Part shown: positions 9,101 to 18,036 of the stretch, in pieces | How the letters are laid out: each line of letters opens with the position of its first letter | Position numbering within the stretch: the stretch's first letter is position 1 | Assembly (NCBI GenBank): GCA_036396515.1 | Contig: DASWKT010000210.1 | Coordinates: 1-36,508, forward strand | DNA length: 36,508 nt | Direction of reading: 5' to 3' | From: Anaerolineales bacterium | GTDB lineage: Bacteria > Chloroflexota > Anaerolineae > Anaerolineales > Villigracilaceae | Notes under the pieces: generated by a model | Database searches by the model: none | What the model was told of the DNA's origin: nothing | The model's input: the letters and a program-made list of their open reading frames with translations, nothing else | Position numbers and translations under genes: made by a program

Positions 9101-12100
9101 TCCCCGACCAATATCGGCTTGCTTCTGCTCTCCACCCTTTCAGCCTGTGACCTGGGTTACATTGGACCGCGTGAACTGGCATTGCGCATTCGAAATACAT
9201 TCGATGGCATGGATAAGCTTGAAAAACAGCGTGACCACTTTCTGAACTGGTATGACACGCGCACGCTAAGTCCACTTCCGCCGCGCTACATTTCCACGGT
9301 GGACAGCGGCAACCTGGCCGCCAGCCTGATCACTTTGCAGCAGGGTTGCCTGGATGTCCCCGGCAGGCCTATCATTCGCTGGGACGGATTGATCGACACC
9401 CTGGGTATGCTGGATCTCACCCTGCATGAAGCGCGTCTTGGCAGTGTCGCAAATGAGTTGCATGAGGTCATCTCCTATCTGCGGGAACAGGCGGAAGGCC
9501 TGCGCGAGACGCGTGCGGACGATCCGCAATATCTGATGAATCTTTTCCACGAGGGGCGAGCGGAAATGGAAGAAATGCTGGCAAAGGTAGTCGAAGCATC
9601 CACCGCACAACTCGACTCAAACACGATCCGCCGACTTTCCACATGGATCGAGCGTGCACGCTATCATCTACATCATATCCAGCGCGATATGGAGGACTTG
9701 TATCCCTGGCCGCTAATGCTGGCAAAGGTGCCCTCGTTGTTCGCCCAGCCTGATCTGCGTACCGAACTTGCATCCGCCTGGACCGAGCTTTTATCCGCTT
9801 TCTCATTCAGACCTCCACTCGAGGTAATACCTGCCATCTGTTCTCATGCAGTGGTTATCCTGCAGCAACTTCGCTCTGTACTGCACGAAGATGAACGGGA
9901 TGCAATTGTGTGGTGCGATACCCTCGCGAACCAGCTCCAAGCTGCACGAACCTCTGCCAGCGAGCTGCTGAACGAACTTAGAACCCTCAGCACCCGCGCC
10001 GAAGCCTATAACCAGGCGATGAATTTTCGTTTCTTATATGACCCGCGCCGAAAAGTATTCCATATCGGTTACAACGTTGATTCAGGACGGCTTGATTCGA
10101 GCTATTATGATCTGCTTGCCTCCGAAGCCCGCCTGACCAGCCTGCTGGCAATCGCAAACGACGACGTACCACAGAGTCACTGGCTGTATCTGGCGCGTCC
10201 AATTACGCAGTTGAACGGGATGCGTGCTTTGCTCTCGTGGAGCGGCACCATGTTTGAATATCTGATGCCAGCTCTGTTCACCAAGCGTTATTACAATACC
10301 CTTCTCGATCAAAGCTCCCAGGCAGCAGTGGAGCATCAGATCGCCTACGGGCAGAGCAGGCACGTGCCGTGGGGAATTTCTGAATCAGCATTTTATTACT
10401 TTGATGTTCACCAGGGTTATCAATACCGTGCATTCGGCGTTCCGGGCCTCGGCTACAAACGCGGCCTGAGCGATGACCTTGTCGTGACTCCGTATGCATC
10501 CGTATTAGCCCTGCCATTCATGCCTCTGGCAGTCGTGCAAAATTTGGAGCGTTTCCAGAAACTCGATATGAATGGTTTGTACGGTCTGTACGAAGCAATT
10601 GACTTTACCGCTGAGCGTCTGGGAACGGGTCAGAATTTGGCTATCGTCCGTTCCTACATGGCACACCATCAGGGCATGATTCTATTATCTCTATGCAATC
10701 ATCTTCGCAATGAAGTCATGATCCAGCGCTTCCATGCCAACCCGCGCATCGAAACAGTGAGACTCCTGCTTCAGGAGGAAATCCCGGTTCGCGCTCCCAT
10801 TGAATATGCACGTCCGAAGGAAATCGGGGTCATTCATCCTGTCCGTTCACGCGTTTCGCTCGACGCTTGGCGAGTCAAACCGCAGGCACCTTACCCGCAG
10901 GTTCATTTCCTCTCCAATGGAAATTACAGCTTGCTCATTACCGCCGCAGGAAGTGGGTATAGCCGCTGGCGTGAGGTCGATCTTACCCGCTGGCGCGCCG
11001 ATGCCACGCTCGATCACTACGGCACATGGGTTTACATAGAGGATATCGAGACAGGACACTTGTGGTCGGCCAGCCATCAACCCACTGGTGTGCAACCCGA
11101 TAAGCAAAATGTGCTCTTCTATCCTCATACTGCGGAGTTCACTCGTCGCGATAAGGATATCTCCACTCAAATGCGCATCACGATTGCACCCGCTGCAGAT
11201 GTGGAAATCCGCCGTATGATCCTGACCAATCACGGCGCATCCTCGCGCGACCTTGCCCTGACCAGCTATGCCGAAGTGATCCTCTCCCCTCAATCCGCTG
11301 ATGCGCGCCATCCCGCCTACAATAAGCTCTTCATCGAAAGCGAATACCTGGCAGACGAGAATATTTTGTTGTTCCGCAGGCGACCGCGCGCGGCGCAGGA
11401 AAAGCCGATCTATCTGGTGCACTTCATCGTTGATGAAGAAAATGATTTGAAAATAACCGGCTATGAGACCGACCGCCGGCGCTTCCTGGGTCGCGGCCAT
11501 ACGCCGCGCGATCCTGCCGCCCTACAGTTGAACTCCGGGCTTTTGAACAAGAATGATACGCTCGATCCTATCTTTGCACTGCAAGCACAGGTCAGTGTAC
11601 CGGGCTATGAATCGCGTCAGCTTGCATTTATCACTCTGGCTGCTCCTTCGCGGGATGAGGCATTGACTCTCGCGCGCCGTTATCGTCAATGGTATTACAT
11701 CACCAAAGCGTTTGGTGAGGCGCACACGCAAGCAGAGCACGAGTTGGTTCAGATTGGACTTTCCTCCAAGCAACTGGAGCAGATCCAAAAACTTCTATCC
11801 GTACTTCTATACCCTTCGGCAGCATTGCGATCTGGCCCGGCCATACTGGCAAGCAATCGCCTCGGCCAAACCGCGTTATGGTCATTTGCCATCTCGGGTG
11901 ATTACCCAATCCTGCTCGTCGCTCTCAGGGAAGAAAAAGACCTGGATATGCTGGATCAACTATTGCGTGCCCACAGCTACTGGCGCAGGCGCGGCCTGAA
12001 GATTGACCTTGTGATTCTCAACCGCCGCGAGACCAGTTATGACCAAAATTTCCACGGGAAAATTTATCGCCTTCTTAATCGTACGAACAGCGAAAACTGG

Positions 12101-14752
12101 CTCGGCAAACGCGGCGGCATCTTCATCCTGCGCGAAGACCAGATGTCCAAGGCCGAGCAGACTCTTCTTGCAACGGTAGCGCGCGTCGCCCTGGATAGTG
12201 AAGCGGGCGCGTTGACAGATCAACTGAGTAAGCTGAATCAATCCCCTGTCCGGCTGCCGCGCTTTGTACCGATCCTGCCTGCACATCCCGATGTGAGCGC
12301 GGCACCTCCACTCAAACGCCCCTCGGGTCTGCTGTTTGACAATGGACTGGGCGGCTTCACTCCGGATGGACGCGAATACGTGATCTATCTCGAGCGCGGC
12401 CAGTGGACTCCCGCACCATGGACCAATGTGATCGCCAACCCTGAGTTTGGGTTCCTTGTCTCTGAAGCAGGCATGGGTTGCACCTGGGCCATCAACAGCG
12501 GTGAGAACCGACTCACACCCTGGCATAACGATCCGGTCAGCGACCCGCCCAGCGAAGCGATTTACTTGCGTGACGAAGACACCGGTCAGATCTGGTCGCC
12601 CACACCCTTGCCCGCCCGCGCCGATGCCCCTTATCTCATCCGTCATGGGGCAGGATATAGCATTTTTGAGCATCGCAGTCACGAACTCGAACAAAGCCTG
12701 AAGCTCTTTGCTGTGCCTGATGCACCGGTCAAGATCGCGCAGTTAAAACTGAAGAACACCTCCTCACGGACTCGCCGAATTAACATCACCTATTATGCTG
12801 AGTGGGTGCTGGGTAGTACGCACGAAAATACCGCCCAGTATATTGTGCCGGAATTTGCATCGAACAACTTTGCCCTGCTGGTTTCCAACTCTTATAACCA
12901 GAACTTCAGCAAACGTGTGGCGTTCCTTGCGGCGACCCGTGAATTGCACGGCCTGACCACCGACCGGGCAGAATTCCTTGGCTCCCTCGGCAATTACACC
13001 CGCCCTGAAGCTCTCGAGCGAGTCGGCATGACTGCCAGCGCGCAGGCAGGCGGTGATCCATGCGCGGCCATACAACTTTTGCTCTGGCTGGCTCCGGGCG
13101 AGTCAAAAGAAGTTTCCTTCCTGCTTGGTCAGGGCGCAGACCGAGCCGATGCATTAAAACTGATCAACCAGTATAAGAATTTATCCCAAATTCGGTCTGC
13201 GTGGAAATCTCTCGATCGTTTCTGGGATGGACACATTGGGGGCATTCAGATCAAGACACCAGATAAAGCCATGGATATCTTGGTCAACCGCTGGCTGCCC
13301 TATCAGGCATTGAGCTGTCGTATTTGGGGGCGCACCGCCTTCTATCAATCTGGCGGGGCGTATGGTTTTCGCGACCAGCTGCAGGATGTGATGCTTTTCC
13401 TGCATACGCGGCCTGAGATCGCCCGCCAGCACATTTTGGAGGCTGCCCGCCATCAGTTCGAAGAAGGGGATGTCCTTCACTGGTGGCACCCGCCTGGAGA
13501 TCACGGTATCCGTACCCGCATTACGGATAACCTGCTCTGGCTTCCCTACGTCACAGCTCAGTATATATATACGACTGGTGACCATTCCATTTTGGATGAA
13601 CAGGTCCCTTTCCTTGCGGCAGAACCGCTCAAGCCCGGTGAACACGAACGCTATGGCCAATTCCCCGCCGGTTCTACAGGTACACTCTATGAACATTGCC
13701 GCCGCGCCCTCGCCAAGGGAAGGACAAGCGGGCCTCATGGACTGCCATTAATCGGTGGAGGCGATTGGAATGATGGGATGAACAACATCGGCATCGGTGG
13801 AACGGGAGAAAGCATCTGGCTGGGCTGGTTCCTGCACGCCACACTGATGGACTTTGCACGCGTCTGTGACCTGCTCGCGTCCTTCGAAGATGCCGCCGTC
13901 TATCGTCAGCAGGCTGAGGCTCTGAGCGCAGCACTTGAAACTCATGGCTGGGATGGAAATTGGTATCGCCGCGCCTATTACGATGACGGAAAACCGCTTG
14001 GTTCAGCGAAAAACAATGAATGTCAGATCGATTCGATCAGCCAGTCCTGGGCGGTGATATCAGGCGCTGGAGACTCCCAGCGCGCCCACACTGCGATGGA
14101 ATCGCTCTATCAACGCCTCGTACGTCATGAGGATGGCCTGGTTCTGCTGCTCACACCACCTTTTGACCGTTCTATTCACGACCCAGGCTATATCAAAGGA
14201 TACCTGCCTGGTATTCGTGAGAACGGCGGGCAATACACTCACGCCGCGTTGTGGGCGATCTGGGCTTTTGCTGAACTCGGACAGGCTGAACGCGTCTACG
14301 AACTCTTCCGCATGATTAATCCCATTTATGATACTAATGCCCCGGAAAAGATCAATCGCTACTATGTTGAACCCTACGTCATCGCGGCGGATGTCTACAA
14401 CCATCCTTCCCATGTCGGTCGCGGCGGCTGGACATGGTACACCGGCTCAGCCAGCTGGATGACCCGCCTTGTCGTGGAAAAAATCCTCGGGCTGCAACGC
14501 GAAGGAAACAATCTCAGGATTGAGCCATGTATCCCCAAAGACTGGCGCGAATATGAAATTGATTATCGCTTTGGAAAGACAATCTATCACCTGCGCGTGG
14601 AAAACCCGCAGAATGCCAATAACGGTGTAGCAAAGCTAACTGTGGACGGAAAACTTCTCAGGGATGAAAAAATATCCCTGGAAGACGATGGCGGCGAACA
14701 CAATGTTGTTGTGACTTTGGGAGAAAAGGTTTTTAGCACGCGTCCCAAGTAG
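6191..14752 (+). CDS. ndvB: Cyclic beta-1,2-glucan synthase (NdvB/ChvB/Cgs family: GT84, central glucoamylase-like domain, C-terminal GH94)
   Basis: 2853 aa. GT84 region: WERKRGKL, TLDADT, SHDLFEG, RWVRGDWQ, with membrane segments. Central domain: YDLLASEARL, SWSGTMFEYLMP, WGISES, YMAHHQGM. GH94: GFRDQLQD, GDWNDGMN, RENGGQYTHAA, GWTWYTGSA. Confidence 0.92.
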   Translation: MAHPVPLPGAEPGTLSQQGVPPPDWIEELALNLAENLEYIDQPHNPNPLPARVKTMGTFLQSAYRYFDKSSRTEASESYAAEWVLDNYYIIEQALRQISQNLPKDFYQRLPKTTVENQEMTRIQALAYALTKGSGSRLNADEIKTFIRAFQSITALTIGELWTLAPMLRLSVIETLADALTHITHLDLHPASLPDVFLASSTRQLSRPPVTHEDVVVNSILSLRLLATQDWQEFFEDTSVVESILRNDPADIYIHMDFRTRNRYRGVVEELSRGSKAEETEVARAADSIAQNGQVPRTRHVGYYLVGPGRPVLEARLGYRPPRENLLRHWLDRYPTFFYLNSIAYLALLLCVIAVWYAIFAGGSTLQIILTLALAALPAFAVAVDLVNWLVIQIMPPRILPRLDFKDGIPSEFSTIVVIPSLLKNDRELDSLLRQLENHFLGNSEPSVRFALLTDFVDAQQKELPGEAHLIEQAKSGIEQLNTRYKNEGYSPFYLFHRERAWNPAEGVWMGWERKRGKLTEFNNLLHGKHVDSFIVQVGDLSVLPTIRYVLTLDADTTVPRDSVHRLTGILAHPLNRAEFDSQTGALVDGYTILQPRVQVRPTVANRSIFTRVYSGDTTLDLYTRAVSDVYQDLFGEGSYVGKGMYDVAAFERSLEGRVPDNMLLSHDLFEGIHGRCGLVTDVVLFEDFPPHYVSFTHRLHRWVRGDWQLLPWLMPRVPHRIHGKISGDLSTLDRWKIFDNLRRSLTSPAILALIVGAWLVLPGLRLAWIGLALSTHILAIVFGFISALRARRTEQYPETTARPVQQAALRSLFQIIFLPNEAFISLDAIATTMVRMTLTHKRLLQWVTAAHTVHVFGKDLKVHIAWNEMIAAPFFSIFLFVLLILSNRSALWTAPPFLLAWLISPYIAARISRRFSHKLEKLTPAQEKRLHLLARATWLYFEHFVGPDDHWLPPDHFQEEPRGIVAHRTSPTNIGLLLLSTLSACDLGYIGPRELALRIRNTFDGMDKLEKQRDHFLNWYDTRTLSPLPPRYISTVDSGNLAASLITLQQGCLDVPGRPIIRWDGLIDTLGMLDLTLHEARLGSVANELHEVISYLREQAEGLRETRADDPQYLMNLFHEGRAEMEEMLAKVVEASTAQLDSNTIRRLSTWIERARYHLHHIQRDMEDLYPWPLMLAKVPSLFAQPDLRTELASAWTELLSAFSFRPPLEVIPAICSHAVVILQQLRSVLHEDERDAIVWCDTLANQLQAARTSASELLNELRTLSTRAEAYNQAMNFRFLYDPRRKVFHIGYNVDSGRLDSSYYDLLASEARLTSLLAIANDDVPQSHWLYLARPITQLNGMRALLSWSGTMFEYLMPALFTKRYYNTLLDQSSQAAVEHQIAYGQSRHVPWGISESAFYYFDVHQGYQYRAFGVPGLGYKRGLSDDLVVTPYASVLALPFMPLAVVQNLERFQKLDMNGLYGLYEAIDFTAERLGTGQNLAIVRSYMAHHQGMILLSLCNHLRNEVMIQRFHANPRIETVRLLLQEEIPVRAPIEYARPKEIGVIHPVRSRVSLDAWRVKPQAPYPQVHFLSNGNYSLLITAAGSGYSRWREVDLTRWRADATLDHYGTWVYIEDIETGHLWSASHQPTGVQPDKQNVLFYPHTAEFTRRDKDISTQMRITIAPAADVEIRRMILTNHGASSRDLALTSYAEVILSPQSADARHPAYNKLFIESEYLADENILLFRRRPRAAQEKPIYLVHFIVDEENDLKITGYETDRRRFLGRGHTPRDPAALQLNSGLLNKNDTLDPIFALQAQVSVPGYESRQLAFITLAAPSRDEALTLARRYRQWYYITKAFGEAHTQAEHELVQIGLSSKQLEQIQKLLSVLLYPSAALRSGPAILASNRLGQTALWSFAISGDYPILLVALREEKDLDMLDQLLRAHSYWRRRGLKIDLVILNRRETSYDQNFHGKIYRLLNRTNSENWLGKRGGIFILREDQMSKAEQTLLATVARVALDSEAGALTDQLSKLNQSPVRLPRFVPILPAHPDVSAAPPLKRPSGLLFDNGLGGFTPDGREYVIYLERGQWTPAPWTNVIANPEFGFLVSEAGMGCTWAINSGENRLTPWHNDPVSDPPSEAIYLRDEDTGQIWSPTPLPARADAPYLIRHGAGYSIFEHRSHELEQSLKLFAVPDAPVKIAQLKLKNTSSRTRRINITYYAEWVLGSTHENTAQYIVPEFASNNFALLVSNSYNQNFSKRVAFLAATRELHGLTTDRAEFLGSLGNYTRPEALERVGMTASAQAGGDPCAAIQLLLWLAPGESKEVSFLLGQGADRADALKLINQYKNLSQIRSAWKSLDRFWDGHIGGIQIKTPDKAMDILVNRWLPYQALSCRIWGRTAFYQSGGAYGFRDQLQDVMLFLHTRPEIARQHILEAARHQFEEGDVLHWWHPPGDHGIRTRITDNLLWLPYVTAQYIYTTGDHSILDEQVPFLAAEPLKPGEHERYGQFPAGSTGTLYEHCRRALAKGRTSGPHGLPLIGGGDWNDGMNNIGIGGTGESIWLGWFLHATLMDFARVCDLLASFEDAAVYRQQAEALSAALETHGWDGNWYRRAYYDDGKPLGSAKNNECQIDSISQSWAVISGAGDSQRAHTAMESLYQRLVRHEDGLVLLLTPPFDRSIHDPGYIKGYLPGIRENGGQYTHAALWAIWAFAELGQAERVYELFRMINPIYDTNAPEKINRYYVEPYVIAADVYNHPSHVGRGGWTWYTGSASWMTRLVVEKILGLQREGNNLRIEPCIPKDWREYEIDYRFGKTIYHLRVENPQNANNGVAKLTVDGKLLRDEKISLEDDGGEHNVVVTLGEKVFSTRPK

Positions 14753-14800
14753 AAGGATGCTCGCAGAAAAAATTAGATGTTTTTTGCGTCCTTTCCAAGG

Positions 14801-16756
14801 CTAACGCACCTGGTAAGGCACTTCGGTTATCACAACGCCTCTCTGGTTTAAGAGCACAAAGCGCAGCCAGAAAGCCGTTTGTGTATGCAACAAATTATGC
14901 CACCAATGCTTGGGGACGAACTGCGGCACGACGATCGTCAGCCGCTCGTTGGGTTGCAAGATCGCGCATAGTTCATTCACATAGTCCAAAAGAGGCTCGA
15001 GGAAGGTTCGGTAAGGAGACTCAATCATGACCAGCCGCGTTCCCTTTCCCCACAAGCTCCACTTCTGCCGCAGCTTTTCAGTTTCTGCAGGATCGATCGA
15101 AACATGCACCACCGTCACATCATCCGATAGAGATAAAGCGTAGTCCAGCGCTTCAAGGGTGCCCTGATGTACTGCAGAAACAGGCATGATCACCCGGTGA
15201 CGTTTGGATGGGGGAGGCTGACCATACATCTCCAACGAAAGGTCCTGAGCAAGATTCCGATAATGGCGATGGATGGCGAATAAACCAGCGACCATTAACG
15301 GCATAAGTATGACAATGATCCAGGCGATCTCGCGAAACTTGGCCACTGCAAAAACGATAGTGACCACTGCGGTACACAAAGCACCAAAGCCATTGACGAT
15401 CAATTTCGTTTCCCAGGCAGGTTCATAGCGCAAGGTCGAACCGCGTTCGCGGACTTCCTCTCCTTTTGGCAGGTGGCCGATCTTCCACCAGCGGCGCGCC
15501 ATCCCGAGCTGTGATAGCGTGAAGGAGAGAAATACGCCGATAGCCCAGATGGGAATTAGAGCGGTTACACTTGCTTGAGAGCCGAACACCAAAAGCGAAG
15601 CGACAACCCCCAGAGCGATAATGCCTCGTGAATAAACCAGACGGCTGCCTCGGAAGGTCAGTTGGCGCGGCAGAAACCCGTCGCCTGCCTGGATAGCAGC
15701 CAGGCGAGGAAAAGCTGCGAATGCCGTATTGGCAGCCAGAACGAGGATGATGGTGGTTCCGGCCACGATACTTAAATATGATATACCGCGGCCCCCAAAT
15801 ACGGTGCGGGCAAGTTGGGAAATGACCGTTTCGGTTTCAGAGGGGACGGCTCCGATTACACCCAAAAGGTACGTAATGCCCAGAAACAAGACCCCCAGAA
15901 TGGACGACATCCAGATCATGGTAATTGCGGCGTTATGGCTGCGAGGCTCTTTAAAGGCAGTCACTCCATTGGAAATACTCTCTACTCCAGTGAGCGCAGT
16001 GGTGCCGCTGGCGAAAGCCTTCAGGATCAGAAAAAACGTAAGCGGTTGAGCGGGATGGATCATTTCCATTGCGGGCGGATCCAGGACGACCCCAAGCGTT
16101 CCCGTGAAATAACGGATGAAGCCCACAACTATAACAAGGAAGGTTGTCGCCATAAAGATGTATGTTGGAATAGCAAAGACAATCCCTGATTCTTTAGCAC
16201 CCCGCAAGTTTGCTAGCATGATTACAGCGATCAGGCCTACGGCAATAGCCACTCGATAGGGAAGCAGGAACGGATAGGCTGAGACGATCTGGGCCGCGGC
16301 GGACGAAGCGGCCACTGCGGCCAACAAAAGGTAATCGATCTGCAAAGCAACACCGGCTATTTGAGCTGGAATTTCACCCAGATTATCGCGCGCGACAATG
16401 TAGGCGCCTCCGCCTCCGGGATACGCGTATATAGTTTGTTGATAGGAGATCGTGACAATCGCCAGCAGCACCGTCACTGCAAGGGCGATCGGGAAGGCGT
16501 AACCGAAAGCGGCCATCCCGGCTGCAGCCAGGACGAGCAGCATCTCTGGGGGAGCATAAGCGACGGAAGAAAGCGCATCCCCAGCAAACACTGCCAGACC
16601 AATCGCTTTACCGATGGTCTGGTGTGGAGCATCCGCAGAAGGAAGAGGGCGGCCAATCAGCCAGGTGCGCCAGGTTCGTTGTGGATTATAGTTAGCGACG
16701 CGGTTGAGAAGGCCATTGCTATGTTCGGGTTTATGGTCATAGGGTGGATGTTCCAT
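14801..16756 (-). CDS. APC-superfamily transporter, KimA/YdaO-like (probable K+/H+ symporter)
   Basis: DALSSVAYA, YPGGGGAYIV, TALTGVESISNG and FPRL, plus a cytoplasmic C-terminal domain SPYR...PQFVPKHWWHNLLHTQTA. Confidence 0.88.
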   Translation of the reverse strand: MEHPPYDHKPEHSNGLLNRVANYNPQRTWRTWLIGRPLPSADAPHQTIGKAIGLAVFAGDALSSVAYAPPEMLLVLAAAGMAAFGYAFPIALAVTVLLAIVTISYQQTIYAYPGGGGAYIVARDNLGEIPAQIAGVALQIDYLLLAAVAASSAAAQIVSAYPFLLPYRVAIAVGLIAVIMLANLRGAKESGIVFAIPTYIFMATTFLVIVVGFIRYFTGTLGVVLDPPAMEMIHPAQPLTFFLILKAFASGTTALTGVESISNGVTAFKEPRSHNAAITMIWMSSILGVLFLGITYLLGVIGAVPSETETVISQLARTVFGGRGISYLSIVAGTTIILVLAANTAFAAFPRLAAIQAGDGFLPRQLTFRGSRLVYSRGIIALGVVASLLVFGSQASVTALIPIWAIGVFLSFTLSQLGMARRWWKIGHLPKGEEVRERGSTLRYEPAWETKLIVNGFGALCTAVVTIVFAVAKFREIAWIIVILMPLMVAGLFAIHRHYRNLAQDLSLEMYGQPPPSKRHRVIMPVSAVHQGTLEALDYALSLSDDVTVVHVSIDPAETEKLRQKWSLWGKGTRLVMIESPYRTFLEPLLDYVNELCAILQPNERLTIVVPQFVPKHWWHNLLHTQTAFWLRFVLLNQRGVVITEVPYQVR

Positions 16757-16832
16757 TCACCCTATTGTAGTCCTCAAGGGCAGGATTGAGCAACAGGATA
16801 TTTACGCACGGCCTAGCCAGAATTTCGAATTG

Positions 16833-16875
16833 ATGACTTTTGTCATTTGCCCACAAGTCGTTTTCATTCTATACT
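16833..16875 (+). promoter_or_regulatory. Putative sigma70 promoter of the core methionine synthase gene with an abutting palindromic operator
   Basis: ATGAC-TTTT-GTCAT (16833-16846) is directly followed by TTGCCC (16847-16852)-N17-TATACT (16870-16875). Confidence 0.55.
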
Positions 16876-16907
16876 AGAAGACAATTCAAACCTTAAACCC
16901 ATCATCA

Positions 16908-17951
16908 ATGACTGACTTTAACTTCCTCACCACTCATGTCGGCAGCATTCCTCATCTAACCATCAATGGGCTGACCGAACATCTGCACAGTCTCCTGGAT
17001 GTGCCTGCTTGGCCACAGCTTCCGCATCGATCCTTCCGGGAGAGTATGTACGTTCAATATTCCGCCAGTCTGCCAGCCATTCGGGAAGATGCCATTCAGG
17101 AAAAGGTTTACTTTGACACGAATACAGATCTCACAGAAAGTTTGGAGGCCTTTTATACACCTGTATTGGCTGAAGACCTGGATAGCTTCGCCTTACGCGC
17201 CGATTATGCAAGCGGTTTCTTCGCCATGCTGGCGGCGCTGCGCAAAACAAAGGGAGAATGGGCAAAGGGACAGGTAACGGGACCCATTTCCTTTGGGCTG
17301 ACGGTGACTGATCAGGATTTGCGTGCCAGCCTTTACAATGAAATGCTCGCGGATGTCATCGTCAAGAATATGACCATGAATGCGCGCTGGCAGATTCGAC
17401 AGTTAAAATCCGTGCGGCAAAACGTCATTCTCTTCTTGGATGAGCCATACATGGCGGCATTCGGGTCGGCGTTCATCAGCCTGGACCGTGAGCAGGTGAT
17501 CGCTTATCTTGATGAGGCGTTCGATGCCATCCACGCCGAGGGAGGCGTAGCGGGGGTCCATTGTTGCGCAAACACCGATTGGAGCGTATTGCTTGCGACA
17601 AAAGTCGATATCCTGAACCTTGACGCCTACGGATTCATTGAGAATCTGGCGCTGTATCCCGCCGAATTACGAGCACATCTTGACCGCGGCGGGAGCGTCT
17701 GCTGGGGCATCGTACCCAACAACGAGCAGATTTTTAACGAGACTCCGCATGGGCTGGCTGACCGGTTGCGAAACGGGATCAGGATGATCACCCAGAAAGC
17801 CGCGGCGCGCGGGGTGACGATCAATGCCGACGAATTTGCCACTCGCAGTTTAATTGCTCCAGCCTGCGGCTTGGGATCCACATCGGTCGAAGTGGCAGAG
17901 CGGGTATTTGAAATACTGGCAGAAACGGGGAATATTTTGAAGGGGGGCTAA
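16908..17951 (+). CDS. Core (folate-independent) methionine synthase, MetE catalytic domain only, MesB-like
   Basis: 347 aa single barrel with VGSIPH, WPQLP, KGQVTGPIS, FLDEP, a GVHCC Zn-ligand motif, LNLDAY, WGIVP and PACGLG. It lacks the N-terminal folate-binding half of full MetE. Confidence 0.8.
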   Translation: MTDFNFLTTHVGSIPHLTINGLTEHLHSLLDVPAWPQLPHRSFRESMYVQYSASLPAIREDAIQEKVYFDTNTDLTESLEAFYTPVLAEDLDSFALRADYASGFFAMLAALRKTKGEWAKGQVTGPISFGLTVTDQDLRASLYNEMLADVIVKNMTMNARWQIRQLKSVRQNVILFLDEPYMAAFGSAFISLDREQVIAYLDEAFDAIHAEGGVAGVHCCANTDWSVLLATKVDILNLDAYGFIENLALYPAELRAHLDRGGSVCWGIVPNNEQIFNETPHGLADRLRNGIRMITQKAAARGVTINADEFATRSLIAPACGLGSTSVEVAERVFEILAETGNILKGG

Positions 17952-18036
17952 AAAAAACAGACCGCTCAAGCCGCAGTCCTCGGCGGTGAGGCCTCTTCTA
18001 AGTTCGTAAAAGTCATACCGCCAAGGGCAAACGTAT

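Noticed and set aside
14752-14800. Possible bidirectional terminator between ndvB and the APC gene (CGCAGAAAA...TTTTTTGCG)
   Set aside because: The stem is AT-rich and imperfect with no clear U-tract; too weak to call.
16757-16907. c-di-AMP (ydaO) riboswitch expected upstream of a kimA-like gene
   Set aside because: No recognisable conserved riboswitch segments, and the short spacer is largely taken up by the divergent promoter. An Rfam scan would settle it.
17976-18028. Imperfect inverted repeat GTCCTCGGCGGT / ACCGCCAAGGGC between convergent genes
   Set aside because: Only 10/12 matched with a 29-nt loop. It could be a terminator or a repeat remnant but cannot be supported.
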